DNA of 64,000 bases from assembly GCF_006345805.1 (NCBI RefSeq), contig NC_043000.1, forward strand, positions 89,776,001 to 89,840,000, written 5' to 3'. Below, one piece after another: positions 27,321 to 40,066 of the stretch. Below the pieces are notes generated by a model that saw nothing but the letters and a program-made list of their open reading frames with translations, was not told the DNA's origin and ran no database searches. The translations under genes were made by a program, and so were the position numbers. Each line of letters starts with the position of its first letter. The first letter of the stretch is position 1. This DNA is from Octopus sinensis (lineage: Eukaryota).

Positions 27321-27357
27321 ATCGGCATCCTTATGATTCACAGACGATTTATTATGG
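27321..27357 (+). other. Candidate 37-nt exon of an unidentified gene
   Basis: CTTTTTTTCTCTAACGCAG acceptor, GG|GTGAGTA donor; open frames RHPYDSQTIYY or IGILMIHRRFIM. Confidence 0.4.
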
Positions 27358-27559
27358 GTGAGTATGTCCCTACATCACTATAATTTTTCATACTTTCATC
27401 GTCAGGACTATTCATTCTATGGGTTGTATTGTATTCGGTATTGGCCACAACATATCTCATAGGAAGATATCGTGATGGCATCTTCAAACAGCTACGCATG
27501 GTGTGGGTTGAATGTGATAATTCCATAATGCGAGCCTCATTTATTACATCTAAGTGAGC

Positions 27560-29000
27560 CAATCAAGCATTGTTCAGATCCCATCAACAAAAGTATAAGT
27601 AATTCACTGCAAGTATAAACATCATCACTGAGAAAACTGTCTGAGTCATTTTTGTCAGCCTGATATTTTGTTGCTATTTTCTGGTCCTAGACTGCAAAAA
27701 CATACCCTTCAGAGTGAGAGCTAATATATCGGTTATTGATCTAAGTTACACTACTATATTTATCTATGTTGCATCGTCATTCTAAAGCTATTTGACATGA
27801 TAGCCATTCATAACCATCTCCTGAAAAGCAGATTGTCTGATGATCTGTTGCAGTAGAGCTATGAAACTCCCAGAAGAATATCTCTGGTCACTAAACAGGG
27901 TATTTTTTCTGAATAGTTCCTTTCCAGTTCTCATGATGTTATATTCCTCAAATGTGCAAAATTGGTCCATAGGTACACCTCTGACTTTGTTGGTTGGTAG
28001 ATTTTGTCGAATGATTAGGATTCTATTTGAATCGATATTAATATCTTGCTTAGATCAAGGCCCTGCTTCATACCATTCATTTTTTTACTTATACTTTCAG
28101 GTGTTTCAGAAAGATGTTTCAGTTTGATGTTTCTGTCTTCCTGTGAACCAATTAAGTATTGTTCGGATTCCACCAACAAATGTATAAGGAATTCACAGCA
28201 AGTATAAATATCATCACAGAGAGACTTGTCTCTTTGAAATATGTACTCCTACGATAGTTTATCACACCAGTGACAATACAACCACTTCCTGTATCTAACT
28301 TTATTCTCTCAAAGACACAAGAATCACCAAGTATTGAACTCCCAAAATGAGGCTAGGTTTTCTATAATCCTGATTATGATCTCTGGAACTTTAGAAAATC
28401 AAATAGTTTCCAGGATACACGAGTGGAGAACAGACCCGAATGCTTTTGTTATGAGGCAACCTGACCGGAACTAAGTTTCTCCAATGTCATTACACCTCTG
28501 ATACACCCTTTAATAATTTCTCCTCACATTCCTCAGTTTTTCATTTATCAGTAAATGTAGTGATGTTGTTACTATCACACTGAAGCAAGAGGAATCAGTT
28601 CAGACAGGCTGTCAATATTTCCTACATTAAATTCTAGCATGTAATTGATCCGTAATTCTTCGCCATGCTTATGAGCTTTTTTTCTTTTTTTCTTTTCTTT
28701 CTTTTTCAGCCAGACTTGTTTCAACCAATATCAGCCTTTTTGGTGCATTTATATCTCTACTGAAATCTTCCTTGTGAAAGTCAATAAAATACCCTCGAGA
28801 GGAGGTACATATATTTTTGTATCAATAGCCAGCAATCAAGTCTCTTCTTGGTGATTTTTTTTTTTATCCTGAAGTATTTCTCTTATAGTCTGTCTCAAAA
28901 ATATCACCATTGATTCGCCATAATTTTGATGCAATTCACAAACAATATTTCATCCAATTTCTTCCATCCCCACAACATCCTGGTCAAATTTCTGTCTTTC
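27560..29000 (-). pseudogene. Degenerate R4/Dong-like non-LTR retrotransposon RT
   Basis: Manual peptides KAFGSVLHSCILET, INYRR..IFQRD-SLSVMIFILAVNSL, HLLVESEQYLIGSQEDRNIKLKHL with frameshifts. Confidence 0.7.
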
Positions 29001-29859
29001 ACTCCAGATTTTTTTCTAAAATGATACTGCACCTTCCTAAGAAGGTGTTTCTGAACTTCATTTCTCTCATATCTTAGTAAACTCTGAATGATTTCACCGA
29101 ATTGCTAATTATTTTCCCTATAGCTTCTCTCTTCTGATGCCAGTGTTTCTCACTGACAGCTTTTAAAGCCAGCTTCAAAGTGATCAATTTATATTCAAAT
29201 TTATGTCATATTTTTTTACTTGGTGAGAATGTAGTTACACGTTTACATAACAAATACCGCCATTTAACTGATAGTCTTATATAGATCAACAGTCATTTTT
29301 CTTTCTTTCTTTCATATTTAAATCCATTATAGCATTTTTTGCTTTTGCTGTTGATCTTGTTCACTTCTTTCATAGTTCTTATATATTTCTATAGTAACTT
29401 TGCTTATCAGTTGTGGAAATTGCATATAAAGAGGCTTATATTTGCCAAAATGAAGGGACATTGCTTTGTTGTAAATATTACCTGTGTATTTTGCTAATCA
29501 CTGTTAACATCAAGTCAGTGGATTTTTTATCAATACTTGTCACGTGTAAATCTGTCTTTTGTGAGAGTATCACAAACAAATATTTTTTTCTAGGAACATT
29601 TCATTAGAAAACACATTTCAATGATTATATTCTTCACATTCCCAGCTCGTAATACACTTGTTGCTATAGCGTGGCTCTTACTATAACGACTGACAGATAA
29701 ATACAGGAGGTCAGCCCTACTGCAAGGTAACATAGTAACAGTCGGTACTAGGTCATGTATATATTATCATGTATATTCTACGTTTATATTCGTTTATTCA
29801 TATTCGTGTACCTTATATTTGAAAATTATTTCATCATCCCTTGTCTTGCCTTCAACAAA

Positions 29860-30145
29860 TATTACTGGTTGCAGCCACCCTTTTCACCCTGAGCAGCATT
29901 ACCTCCTCCAGGCACTTGATGTAGGTCTCCTTATTGAATCTGAGGTTGTACTGGAAGACGAATGGAGGCATAATGTCGCCATCACTAATGATCACTCCAA
30001 ACATCATTATGCTGACTGTGTCTGGTGCTGTTTTTCTCACAGACGGTGCTCAATTGACTCTACAATACTGTGTAGTCAACAAAATCAAAAACAGTGCGCA
30101 TGGGCAAAATAAAAAAATAAAATAGTGACAATTTACCCATCACAT
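29860..30145 (-). mobile_element. maT/DD37D internally deleted fragment
   Basis: ORF 29852-30040 IMMFGVIISDGDIMPPFVF..YIKCLEEV plus the family 5' end. Confidence 0.8.
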
Positions 30146-30404
30146 AAATATATACATATATGTGTGTGTGTAGTTGTATTTTTCATGTATGCATATATCT
30201 ATGTATAATATATATATATATATATATATGAATGTAGGTGTGTATGCATGTGCCTATATGTACTCATATATGTATATATGCATATATATATAAAGTAACG
30301 ATCATTTTCCAACCAAATGTGGCAAATAATATATATACATACACACACATATACAAACATATATATATATACAATATATATACATATATATATATATATT
30401 ATAT

Positions 30405-30464
<60 letters not shown>

Positions 30465-31021
30465 CAACACGCACACATATGTATTTAAACATATATATGT
30501 ATATCTGTGTATGTATGTATGCAGTTATGCATATGTTCTTTAGCTTTATTTTAAAAATTTCTTACCGACAGAAAAAGATTTTTCCAACCTAGCAACAAGG
30601 ATCTTTCATTGGAATCCAGACAACGTCAAACAGGGTTGTCATGTGTGTGACTATAGATGCGCGCACATGCCTGCGAGCGCACGCGCTTGTGTGTACCTGT
30701 ATATCTGCACGTCTGTATATGTGCATATGTATGTGTGCGAGTGCTTTTGTGGACCAGCATATTTGCATATACATATATATGTATATGGATGTGTGTGTTT
30801 TTGTGCTTAGGTATATATTTAAAATCTATATATATGCATGTGTACATATACATACACGCATAATTATGTGTATATATGTATATGTATGCATATGTGCATA
30901 TATATGTGCATGCATATGTATATATGCGTATGTGTATATATGTATATACATGTTTGTATATGCATATATAAATATGTATATATATATAAATATATATATA
31001 GAGAGAGAGTGTGTGTGTGTT

Positions 31022-31117
<96 letters not shown>

Positions 31118-31680
31118 TAAGCCCAAAGCTCACAACGTTCCATTCTGTTATCTGATCGTAGAGGCTCATTGCTGTAGCTGCTACTATTGTCGCTGTTGTT
31201 GTTATTGTTGTCATCGTTGTTGCTGCCGTTTCTGCCGCTGCCTTTGCTATTGTTGTTGTTGTTCTCGCTGTTGTTGCTGTTGTTAGCTTTTCTAGTAAGA
31301 CCTCTGTAATATTCAGAGCCACCACTGATCAGAAGTTGATTATGTTCAATGCTTTCGACCCAGTCGACAAGAACGTCGCCAGCTACCATCTCTACATAAT
31401 AACCATCCTAGTAACCGTCCCTTCGTGATAACCACCCTGTTGTGCAATGTCACATACCTAACTTGTTGATTTACCCATACAAAATATCCTATTTATTCAA
31501 GAATGATGCGTTCGTCTGCATATGCCTCTTCTGTTGATTAATTAATTCAACATATAATCGAGAAGATGGCTTTTGAGAATTGATGGGTCGCTGCCTCACT
31601 CTCTCTCACTCTCTCTCTTTCTCTCATTCTCTCTTTCTCTCTCTGTCTCTCTTTCTCATTCTCTCTCTCTCTCACTTACT

Positions 31681-31756
<76 letters not shown>

Positions 31757-31822
31757 GTTTTAACCATACTATCACATAAACCTTTTTTCTACATCTCAGG
31801 TAGTTCCTATGGTACCAACTGC

Positions 31823-32115
31823 TAAGGCGGGTAGCTTAGTGATTAGGGTATTCGACTCCCGATCGTAAAGTTGTGAGATCGATTTCTGGCGGCACATTGT
31901 GTCCCTGAGCAAGACACTTTATTTCACACTACTCTAGTCCAGTCAGCTGGCAAAAATAAGTTGTACTTATATTTCAAAGGTCCAGCCTTGTCACATCCTT
32001 GTTACATCACGCTGAATCTCCCTGAGAATTACGTTAAGGGTACCCGTATCTGTGGAGTGCTCAGCCACTTGCACGTTAATTTCATGTGGAACAGGCGTCG
32101 TTGTTACCATCGGGG
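31823..32115 (+). mobile_element. SINE family 3
   Basis: tRNA-like head and TGTGTCCCTGAGCAAGACACTT CORE-like segment. Confidence 0.8.
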
Positions 32116-32627
32116 TGTCAGTTAGTTAAGGTACCAAACAATGATTATACAACTGTAGGGGCTCAGGATTCTTTGGGCTCACGCCCAAAATATTTGATCT
32201 GCACTGCTACAATGTCCTCTAACCCCGACCGTTTTCAGCTCTTTCAACTTTGAGTATTGTAACCAAGGTCTTGTTTATCCACAGTTTGGTGTAACCAAAG
32301 CCTTCATTGAAGTTGTTTTACAGTTTAGCTTTCTGCTCTATATTTTACTATATTCATCATTCAGAACTAATTGGCAGACATCTCGATTTCCATTAATATT
32401 TATGCACTGAAAGCAGAAGGGAGCTATAAGATTACAATGATAGTTATATGTTAAATTTCATGCCTTCTTTCACATATCTCTAGACATATTACTGCGACGA
32501 AATGTTACAGTTTATTAAAAATCTATATTATTCACCAAAAACATATTTATATATATTTTTTTATATATACACACACACACACTCACATATATACATATGT
32601 GTATACATACATATATATATGTGTGTG

Positions 32628-32679
<52 letters not shown>

Positions 32680-32831
32680 ATATACATATAACGGGGATGA
32701 ACTGTAAGTGGATATCTAGTATGCTAGAAGATCCTCTATGGGTCTTACCACTAAGAAAAGAATGTTCTCAAGAAAATTTAGCAAACGCCAGAACGTTCAA
32801 TTGAACGTTTAATTTCATTTCAGCCTTATTA

Positions 32832-32863
<32 letters not shown>

Positions 32864-32912
32864 ATAATATATATATATATATATATATCAATTGCACTCC
32901 ATATTCGAGATA

Positions 32913-32984
32913 CCGACGAAGCTAAAGATGTTATTCATGCACTCAACTATGAGTTCACTACATCTTATAGCAGAAACAGCTCTA
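32913..32984 (+). ncRNA. Degenerate hammerhead with long helix II
   Basis: CCGACGA-A-GCTA-AAGATGT..ACTCA/TGAGT..ACATCTT-A-TAGC-A-GAA-ACAGCTCT-A; U4 mutated and helix I not recoverable. Confidence 0.45.
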
Positions 32985-33800
32985 AGCTAATGAAGTTCAG
33001 AAAATAATCGTTTATTCCTTTCTCATCATCTTTTCTTACACACACACACACGCGCGCGCGCGCGCGCACACATAGTAGATGGAGAGATAGTGGGATAAAT
33101 GTATATATGTGTCAGTGTGTATGTACGAATGTATGCATACACACACACACTCACAGACACACACAAACACATACACACACACACACCACACACAACACAT
33201 ACACATACATAGACACACACACACATACACACACACAAAAGATTCACAAAGCGTGCAAACCAGCAGGGGATTTAAGGGTTAGCCAAACATGAGATGGTTT
33301 GATAATATCCATATTCTCAGATGGTCACGCTTTGGAATCCAGCCGGAAAGCATAATGAGGGTTACTTTTGATAGGAGCCTATGGAGGAGGAGCCAGGTGT
33401 GTCTACCGCCACAGACCACCCAGGAATAATGGGCGGAGAAGTTGACTGAATGGACCTTCATCTTTTATCTTATCTTCATATTTTATCATTAGCCTGCGGC
33501 CATGCTGGGTATGGTTTTCAAGAGTTTATCGTCGAAAGAATTGACTTCGGTACTTATATTTTTAAAAGACTGTTACTATCGGTTTCTATTGCAAACCGGT
33601 AAGTTATGCAGAGGTAAACAGGCCAACACTGGTTATCAAACGGTGGTTACGGACAAGCAGACACAAAGAAACACACACACACAGACACACAAGAACACAC
33701 ACTCACATATTGTCCGTGTATATATACTGTTATGTGTTAGGACAGTAAAAAAATCTTGCAAACCAAGTAGACAAACGAAGAATATATATATATATAATAT

Positions 33801-33848
<48 letters not shown>

Positions 33849-33917
33849 ATATATAATATATATATATACCTACACACATATATATATATACATATGTATG
33901 TGTATATATAATATATA

Positions 33918-33954
<37 letters not shown>

Positions 33955-34172
33955 ATAATATCGATATTTAAATTTCGATATTATCAAGTGGCCAGCATGG
34001 GAATAAATAACATACAAAGGTAATAATTTTAACAACTATAAATAAGGGTGTCTGAGCGACACCACCATGCCGAAATAGCAGTCAAATCCCTGACTCTAAA
34101 AACCACCTTATGTGTTCATATCGCACCATGAGTTAAGACAGAGAGACAAAATTAACTAGCAAAAAGATATTA

Positions 34173-34375
34173 CTGAATAATTCAAGATCCTGGATTTGCT
34201 TCGAATAAGCTCTGCCTTCATCAGTTGAATATATCAGATAAGCACATAAATACGAATATATATACACAGAACACACGTTATACTCATAACGTTATACTTA
34301 TAACGTGTGTTCTGTGTATATATTTTGTATTTATGTGTCCATCTGATATATTCAGCTGATGAAGGCAGAGCTTAT
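34173..34375. repeat. 171-bp fold-back (34205-34375) overlapping a degenerate minus-strand hammerhead (34237-34173)
   Basis: Arms 34205-34282 and 34299-34375; CTGATGAAGGCAGAGCTT in both arms. Confidence 0.85.
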
Positions 34376-34406
34376 ATGTATGTATATATAATATATATAT
34401 ATGTAT

Positions 34407-34448
<42 letters not shown>

Positions 34449-34459
34449 ATATATTATAT

Positions 34460-34507
<48 letters not shown>

Positions 34508-34902
34508 ATATATATAATATTTATGTATATACTGCTATCATACCAGCTGCACTGCATTCCCTTCTTACTCTCCCTTCTCTTTCTTTTTCTTTCTTTCTTC
34601 GTCTTCTTCCTCTCCGCCACCTCCTTCCTAACTTTACCACTATTGCTGTTTAGAATAACACCTACGCAAATTTTATAAACAATACATTCAAAAAAGAAAT
34701 GTCAAGAATTCAATCACTACTACCAACCACAAGTCACTTTCAGGGTACTTGACCATTTAATATCCTACTACTATCATGGCACTCCCGCATTCTTCTTCTC
34801 CTTCTCCTTCTTTTTTTCTTCTTCTTCTCCTCCTCCTCCTCCTCCTTTTTCTTCTCCTTCTTCCCTGCCAAGAATTCACAATGACCTCGAAGCCACAAGA
34901 GT

Positions 34903-35148
34903 AAAGAAGAGAGACAGAGACAGAGACAGGCAGAAACAAGGAAAATGCCCCTTGTATTTGAATACTATGCAAATATTCTTTCAAAAAATTTTCTTTTAAT
35001 TTTTCCGAAATTTAATTGTTTTCCATACTTACAGTTGAAAAAGTCTCAGTGAGAAACTGGTACTGAAATGTTTTTATAAAATTATTTTAGCATTTTCTAG
35101 CTTGACTTTTTTCCATATATATCAACTCGTGTGTTCCTTTTCAACCTT
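34903..35148 (+). mobile_element. Repeat family C, second copy 53110-53362 on minus, with hammerhead remnant
   Basis: The two copies align; CAG-TTGAAAA-AG-TCTCA..GAAACTGGTA-CTG at 35032-35065. Confidence 0.65.
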
Positions 35149-35149
35149 C

Positions 35150-35195
<46 letters not shown>

Positions 35196-35200
<5 letters not shown>

Positions 35201-35989
35201 CGACCATGACTTTGAGGCTCAGTCTCAACGTATGGCTCACCACTTCACCCTACGTGGATACCCCCTCACCACTATCCACACCGCCCTTGCCAGAGCACGG
35301 TCCGTGGACCGTGTATCTGCTCTCTCTCCCCGAACCCGCCCTGTAGTCTCCCGCCTCCCGTTTCCCCTCACTTACCACCCCACGACCTACGTCTCCAAAC
35401 CGCACCATTCTTCGAGCTTTCGTCATCCTCCAGTCCGACCCGTCCACTTCACACCTCTTCCCTAACCGACCCCTCCCTCTCTTCAAACGAGCCCACAACC
35501 TTCGAGACCTTTTGGTCCATAGCTCCTTCCCTGACCCTACCTCCCAACCCGGCTCGTTCCCCTGCTCCCGCCCACGTTGCCCACTTGCCCTTACCTCTCC
35601 AACACCACCCGCCTCACTAGCACCCACCATCGACCCTATCCATCATCCACTCCTTCACCTGCACCTCCATCAATATTATCTATTGCATCTCTTTCTCTGC
35701 TCTCTCTGCAATTCCTTGTACATCGGACAAACGGGACGCCGCTTGGCTGACCGGTTCGCGGAACACCTTCGTGACATCCACCTTGCGAACGACACACCGG
35801 TCTCACGCCATTTCGCTTCCACCGTCACTCCTTGCAACACCTCTGTGTTCGGTTTGTCCATACACAGAGGCCATCCGGATTCCGTTTCCGCCGTGAACCA
35901 GGAATTAATCTTCTCTCTTCGCTCTTATACGCCATTTGGTCTCAACTCTCCCCCCTCCTCATCTAACCCCCCTCTCCCCCCTCCTCACC
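35196..35989 (+). mobile_element. 5'-truncated Penelope-like element: RT thumb, Cys linker, GIY-YIG endonuclease, frameshifted
   Basis: RGYPLTTIHTAL, GSFPCSRPRC, CSLCNSLYIGQTGRRLADRFAEHLRDI..PVSRHF; starts at (TA)n and runs into the gap. Confidence 0.9.
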
Positions 35990-36089
35990 NNNNNNNNNNN
36001 NNNNNNNNNNNNNNNNNNNNNNNNNNNNNNNNNNNNNNNNNNNNNNNNNNNNNNNNNNNNNNNNNNNNNNNNNNNNNNNNNNNNNNNNN
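35990..36089. other. Assembly gap (100 N)
   Basis: Run of N. Confidence 1.
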
Positions 36090-36256
36090 GTAGGTAGGTA
36101 GGTAGGTAGATAGATAGATAGATAGGTAGATAGATAGATATATAGGTAGGTAGGTAGGTAGGTAGGTAGATAGGTAGGTAGATAGATAGATAGATATATA
36201 GGTAGTAGGTAGGTAGGTAAGTAGGTAGATAGGTAGGTAGATACAGAGAGATATAA

Positions 36257-36299
<43 letters not shown>

Positions 36300-36306
36300 G
36301 GCAGGC

Positions 36307-36403
<97 letters not shown>

Positions 36404-36404
36404 T

Positions 36405-37068
36405 GTTTCTTTATTAGCCACACACGGCTGAACACAGAGGGGACAAATTACAAAGTAGAGCTTTTCTTTTTGGAGAGAAAAATAAGAAAAGAAAACGAAA
36501 AAATAAAAAGCGGGATATGTTTTTGATCAAAAGAGATCTGAAAAAAACGATCAATAGAGATCGTGTATCACAAAAATGTTATGATGTAAAGTGTAAAGGG
36601 GGAAGCAGATACGGTTTATCTGTGGAAAGAAAAGCCTACGGAAAAAAACCACGTTAACCTCGGTCAATAATGTCATATGTTAACACATTTATTTGCAAGT
36701 AAGTAACTCTCTGTTTTACATTTTTCCGGTTTCATAGGGTTATGCCCAAGGTGGCTTCGTTATTCATAGGTGCCATCCTTGCAACATCACCCATCCTTTT
36801 TTGAAACATTCGCTAGACAAAACTTGCCTCTCTACTCTCACTTTCCTTTTCCAGTGATACTTGAAGAAGTTGTTGAGAGATTGACCAGAGAGGAAAGTGT
36901 TTGTCTCTAATCCTTTCAGATGCGTCCACCAGATACATTCTTTCGCAACAGCCACAAGGATGATGAAAATAGCTCTTCCTTCCCGTTTGAAGGAAGGAGG
37001 CGTGACGATATTGACGATAGACTCGGCTGATAAACCGACTCGTCCTACACGTGACAGCAGTCGTTTAT
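36405..37068 (-). mobile_element. Tx1/L1-like LINE 3' fragment
   Basis: Aligns to 59086-59880; 3' end runs into (TATC)n. Confidence 0.85.
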
Positions 37069-37304
37069 GTACATACTAAGCCATACATATACATATACAT
37101 GTACATAGCTTAGTATAAATAGATATATCTATACTAAGCAATGCGGTTCCACACACACACAAACACTCGCACGCTCTCACACACACACACACACATATCG
37201 TGTATCAATTTCAGTTCAACAGTTGTGGCCATGCTGTGGTGCGCACCGCCATTGTCTTTGTTACATTTTCACTACTTGGATCCATGTCTGATATGTTGCT
37301 TTTC

Positions 37305-37545
37305 GTGAATGAGGGAGTTTTATATTACTGCCCTTGACTGCGTTTCCTGCGATGTAGGTTCATCTGGAACATTTGACAGGAGGATATCCAGTTTTGTCTT
37401 CAGGGCACCTACATCTACTCCATCCACGTCTTTCATGCTTATTGGGATGATGTTGAAGGGTTGTGTGTTCTTGAAGCTCTAGCTGATGCTATCTGGTCCT
37501 GTTGAAATATTTGGCACTAAGCAACGTCACCCTTTTCAGTGTGAT
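37305..37545 (-). mobile_element. CR1/L2-type LINE 3' fragment
   Basis: Manual peptide GVDVGALKTKLDILLSNVPDEPT, typical of a CR1-group RT C-terminus. Confidence 0.6.
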
Positions 37546-37597
37546 GAATAAATTTAACTGCAAAAAAGAAAGAGGATGAAACATAAGCTGCAATAAT

Positions 37598-38187
37598 TCA
37601 TCCTTTCTATTATAGGCACAAGGCCTGATATTTGGGGGAAGGGGGTCAGTCGATTACATCGACCCCAGTGCGTAACTGGTACTTATTTCATAGACCCCGA
37701 AAGGATGAAAGGCAAAGTCGACCTCGGGAAGATTTGAACTCAGAACGTAGCGGCAGACGAAATACCTATTTCTTTACTACCCACAAGGGGCTAAACACAG
37801 AGAGGACAAACAAGGACAGACAAACGGATTAAGTCGATTAGATCGACCTCAGTGCGTAACTGGTACTTAATTTAATCGACCCCGAAAGGATGAAAGGTAA
37901 AGTCGACCTCAGCGGAATGTGAACTCAGAACGTAGTGGCAGACGAAATACCTATTTCTTTACTACCCACAAGGGGCTAAACAGAGAGGGGGAGAACAAGG
38001 ACAGACAATCGGATTAAGTCGATTATATCGACCCCAGTGCGTAACTGGTACTTATTTAATCGATCCCGAAAGGTTGAAAGGCAAAGTCGACCTCGGCGGA
38101 ATTTGAACTCAGAACGTAGCAGCAGACGAAATACCGCAAAGCATTTTTACCCGGCGTGCTTAACGAGTCAGCCGGCTCGCCGCCTTA
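37598..38187 (-). mobile_element. SINE family 1 trimer with LINE-derived tails (~185-bp period)
   Basis: One head, three bodies, two CTCTGTGTTTAGCCCCTTGTGGGTAGTAAAGAAATAG tails. Confidence 0.85.
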
Positions 38188-39032
38188 GCAAAGAGCAAAG
38201 CAAACTGAAAGAGGCTTTTTTATACGAATATTATTTAGTATTAAAGAATCAGGAAGAAAACACACATTTATGTGTAGGAAAAAAGCAATGAAATTTTTGA
38301 ATGGCTTGCAGTTGAAGAGATAATTCATACATGCAACGCTAGCGAAGTCGACATTCAAATGAAAGGTTTACCTAAGTGCGCGCATGCGCATAAACTGTAG
38401 TCCGGTCATGAACACTTTCCACTCAGGCCGAAGATAAGTATATATATATATATTATTACTTTTTTTTTATTGCGCATGCATAAAATGAACATAATATCGG
38501 GAATCTTAGTGAAAAGAACTGATGTCGCTGTTATAGACATTCTATGTACTTGGCTGGTAGTGGGACCTCCCATGGGAAAGTAGAACACATCTACTTTCTT
38601 GATGGCTTGTTGCCAACTCAATGTGGCAGTCCCATGAAAGAGAATCTTTCTAATTTACTTTCTTGCCCCCTGTATGAAAAGGGGATTCCCCTCCAATTGT
38701 TGGTGATCCCCAGCAGATAGCCACTCATTGATTTTTTTTTAAGTTAAAACAAGGGTGAGACGCCTCATTTTTGGTTAATTGAGCAAGTAGAAATAACAGC
38801 CAAATCACCCTCAAATATAGTCTTATGTCTTTAAAAAAATCCTAGATGGTCACGGCGGAAATATTTTTGACTATTGGTCATCTAGATTAGGCATATCCTT
38901 GGGTTGACCAAGAGCAACTTAAGCCAAGTTTGATTTTCTTTATTAGTCAAAGAATTAGGAAATCTGTTGGCAGACAACTCCAGATAAGAATGCGAGGAGA
39001 ACTTTCTGGCCTGCAAGGTTATACGATCTGAA

Positions 39033-39064
<32 letters not shown>

Positions 39065-39069
39065 ATATA

Positions 39070-39165
39070 TACTAAGCAATAAGGGTTCAGCAACGAATTG
39101 CCTTACCACATAACACATTCGGTATGTGGTAAGGCAATTCGTTGCTGAACCCTTATTGCTTAGTA
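39070..39165. repeat. Perfect 43-bp inverted repeat with 10-nt loop at the array boundary
   Basis: 39070-39112 is the exact reverse complement of 39123-39165. Confidence 0.95.
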
Positions 39166-39472
39166 TTACTTAAATTTTCCTCAAATGAGGCTTTTACATG
39201 CCGAAGACTACTTGGTGTAATTGATAATTATTCCAAATTAATTTCACCCTTCATTATTACGGATAACCATATTTTATCTCAGTAGATGACTACAGCATCT
39301 TGTTTTGGCTACACGCGGTGGGAAGGGGCTGTTGACACAATCGTTTCATTCACAAATTTGAATTCGGTGATACTAGTTGAGGATTCTAGCTCGCTCTGAT
39401 ACTGAGTTGAGTTGGGGGGGGGGTTCCTAGTATCTCAAAATTCAATATATAATCATTTATGATTATAGTATT

Positions 39473-39577
39473 CCACGCTGAAGAGAAAAGAAGTTTCGGT
39501 AAGATAGAATTATTTAATATTTAATATTTTAATTCTTATGCTTTCCTAAAACTTGATTTCGAAACGTACGTCCGTGG
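39473..39577 (+). ncRNA. Type I hammerhead ribozyme, copy 1; predicted cleavage after C39572
   Basis: CCACG-CTGAAGA-[GAAA..TTTC long helix II]-GAA-ACGTACGT-C-CGTGG; all core nucleotides canonical. Confidence 0.85.
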
Positions 39578-40066
39578 TAACTTTAAAAATGTTTGATAGA
39601 TTGCGGTTAATTCATTCTCTCTTACCTGTTTGTGTCAGCCTTCCAATTGCTGTTTTTACTGAGATCTCCCTTTTAGTAGAAGAAATAGCTATACCTTTGA
39701 CTGCTATTTCTAATTTCGGTATGTGGTAGGCAATTCGTTGCTGAACCCTTATTGCTTAGTATTACTTAAATTTTCCTCAAATGAGGTTTTACATGCCGAA
39801 GACTACTTGGTGTAATTGATAATTATTCCAAATTAATTAATTTCACCCTTCATTATTACGGATAACCATATTTTATCTCAGTAGATGACTACAGCATCTT
39901 GTTTTGGCTACACGCGGGTGGGAAGGGGCTGTTGACACAATCGTTTCATTCACAAATTTGAATTCGGTGATACTAGTTGAGGATTCTAGCTCGCTCTGAT
40001 ACTGAGTTGAGTTGGTACCTCCTAGTATCTCAAAATTCAATATATAATCATTTATGATTATAGTAT

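Noticed and set aside
27338-27562. ORF MAHLDVINEAR... resembling a receptor tail
   Set aside because: Continues from a decayed LINE RT fragment and is antisense to a stronger splice-site candidate; no family recognised.
38376-38405. GCGCATGCGC plus ACTACA-like promoter motifs upstream of the array
   Set aside because: The same GCGCATGCG motif occurs inside transposon ends at about 44408 and 51765, so it is not diagnostic of a promoter.
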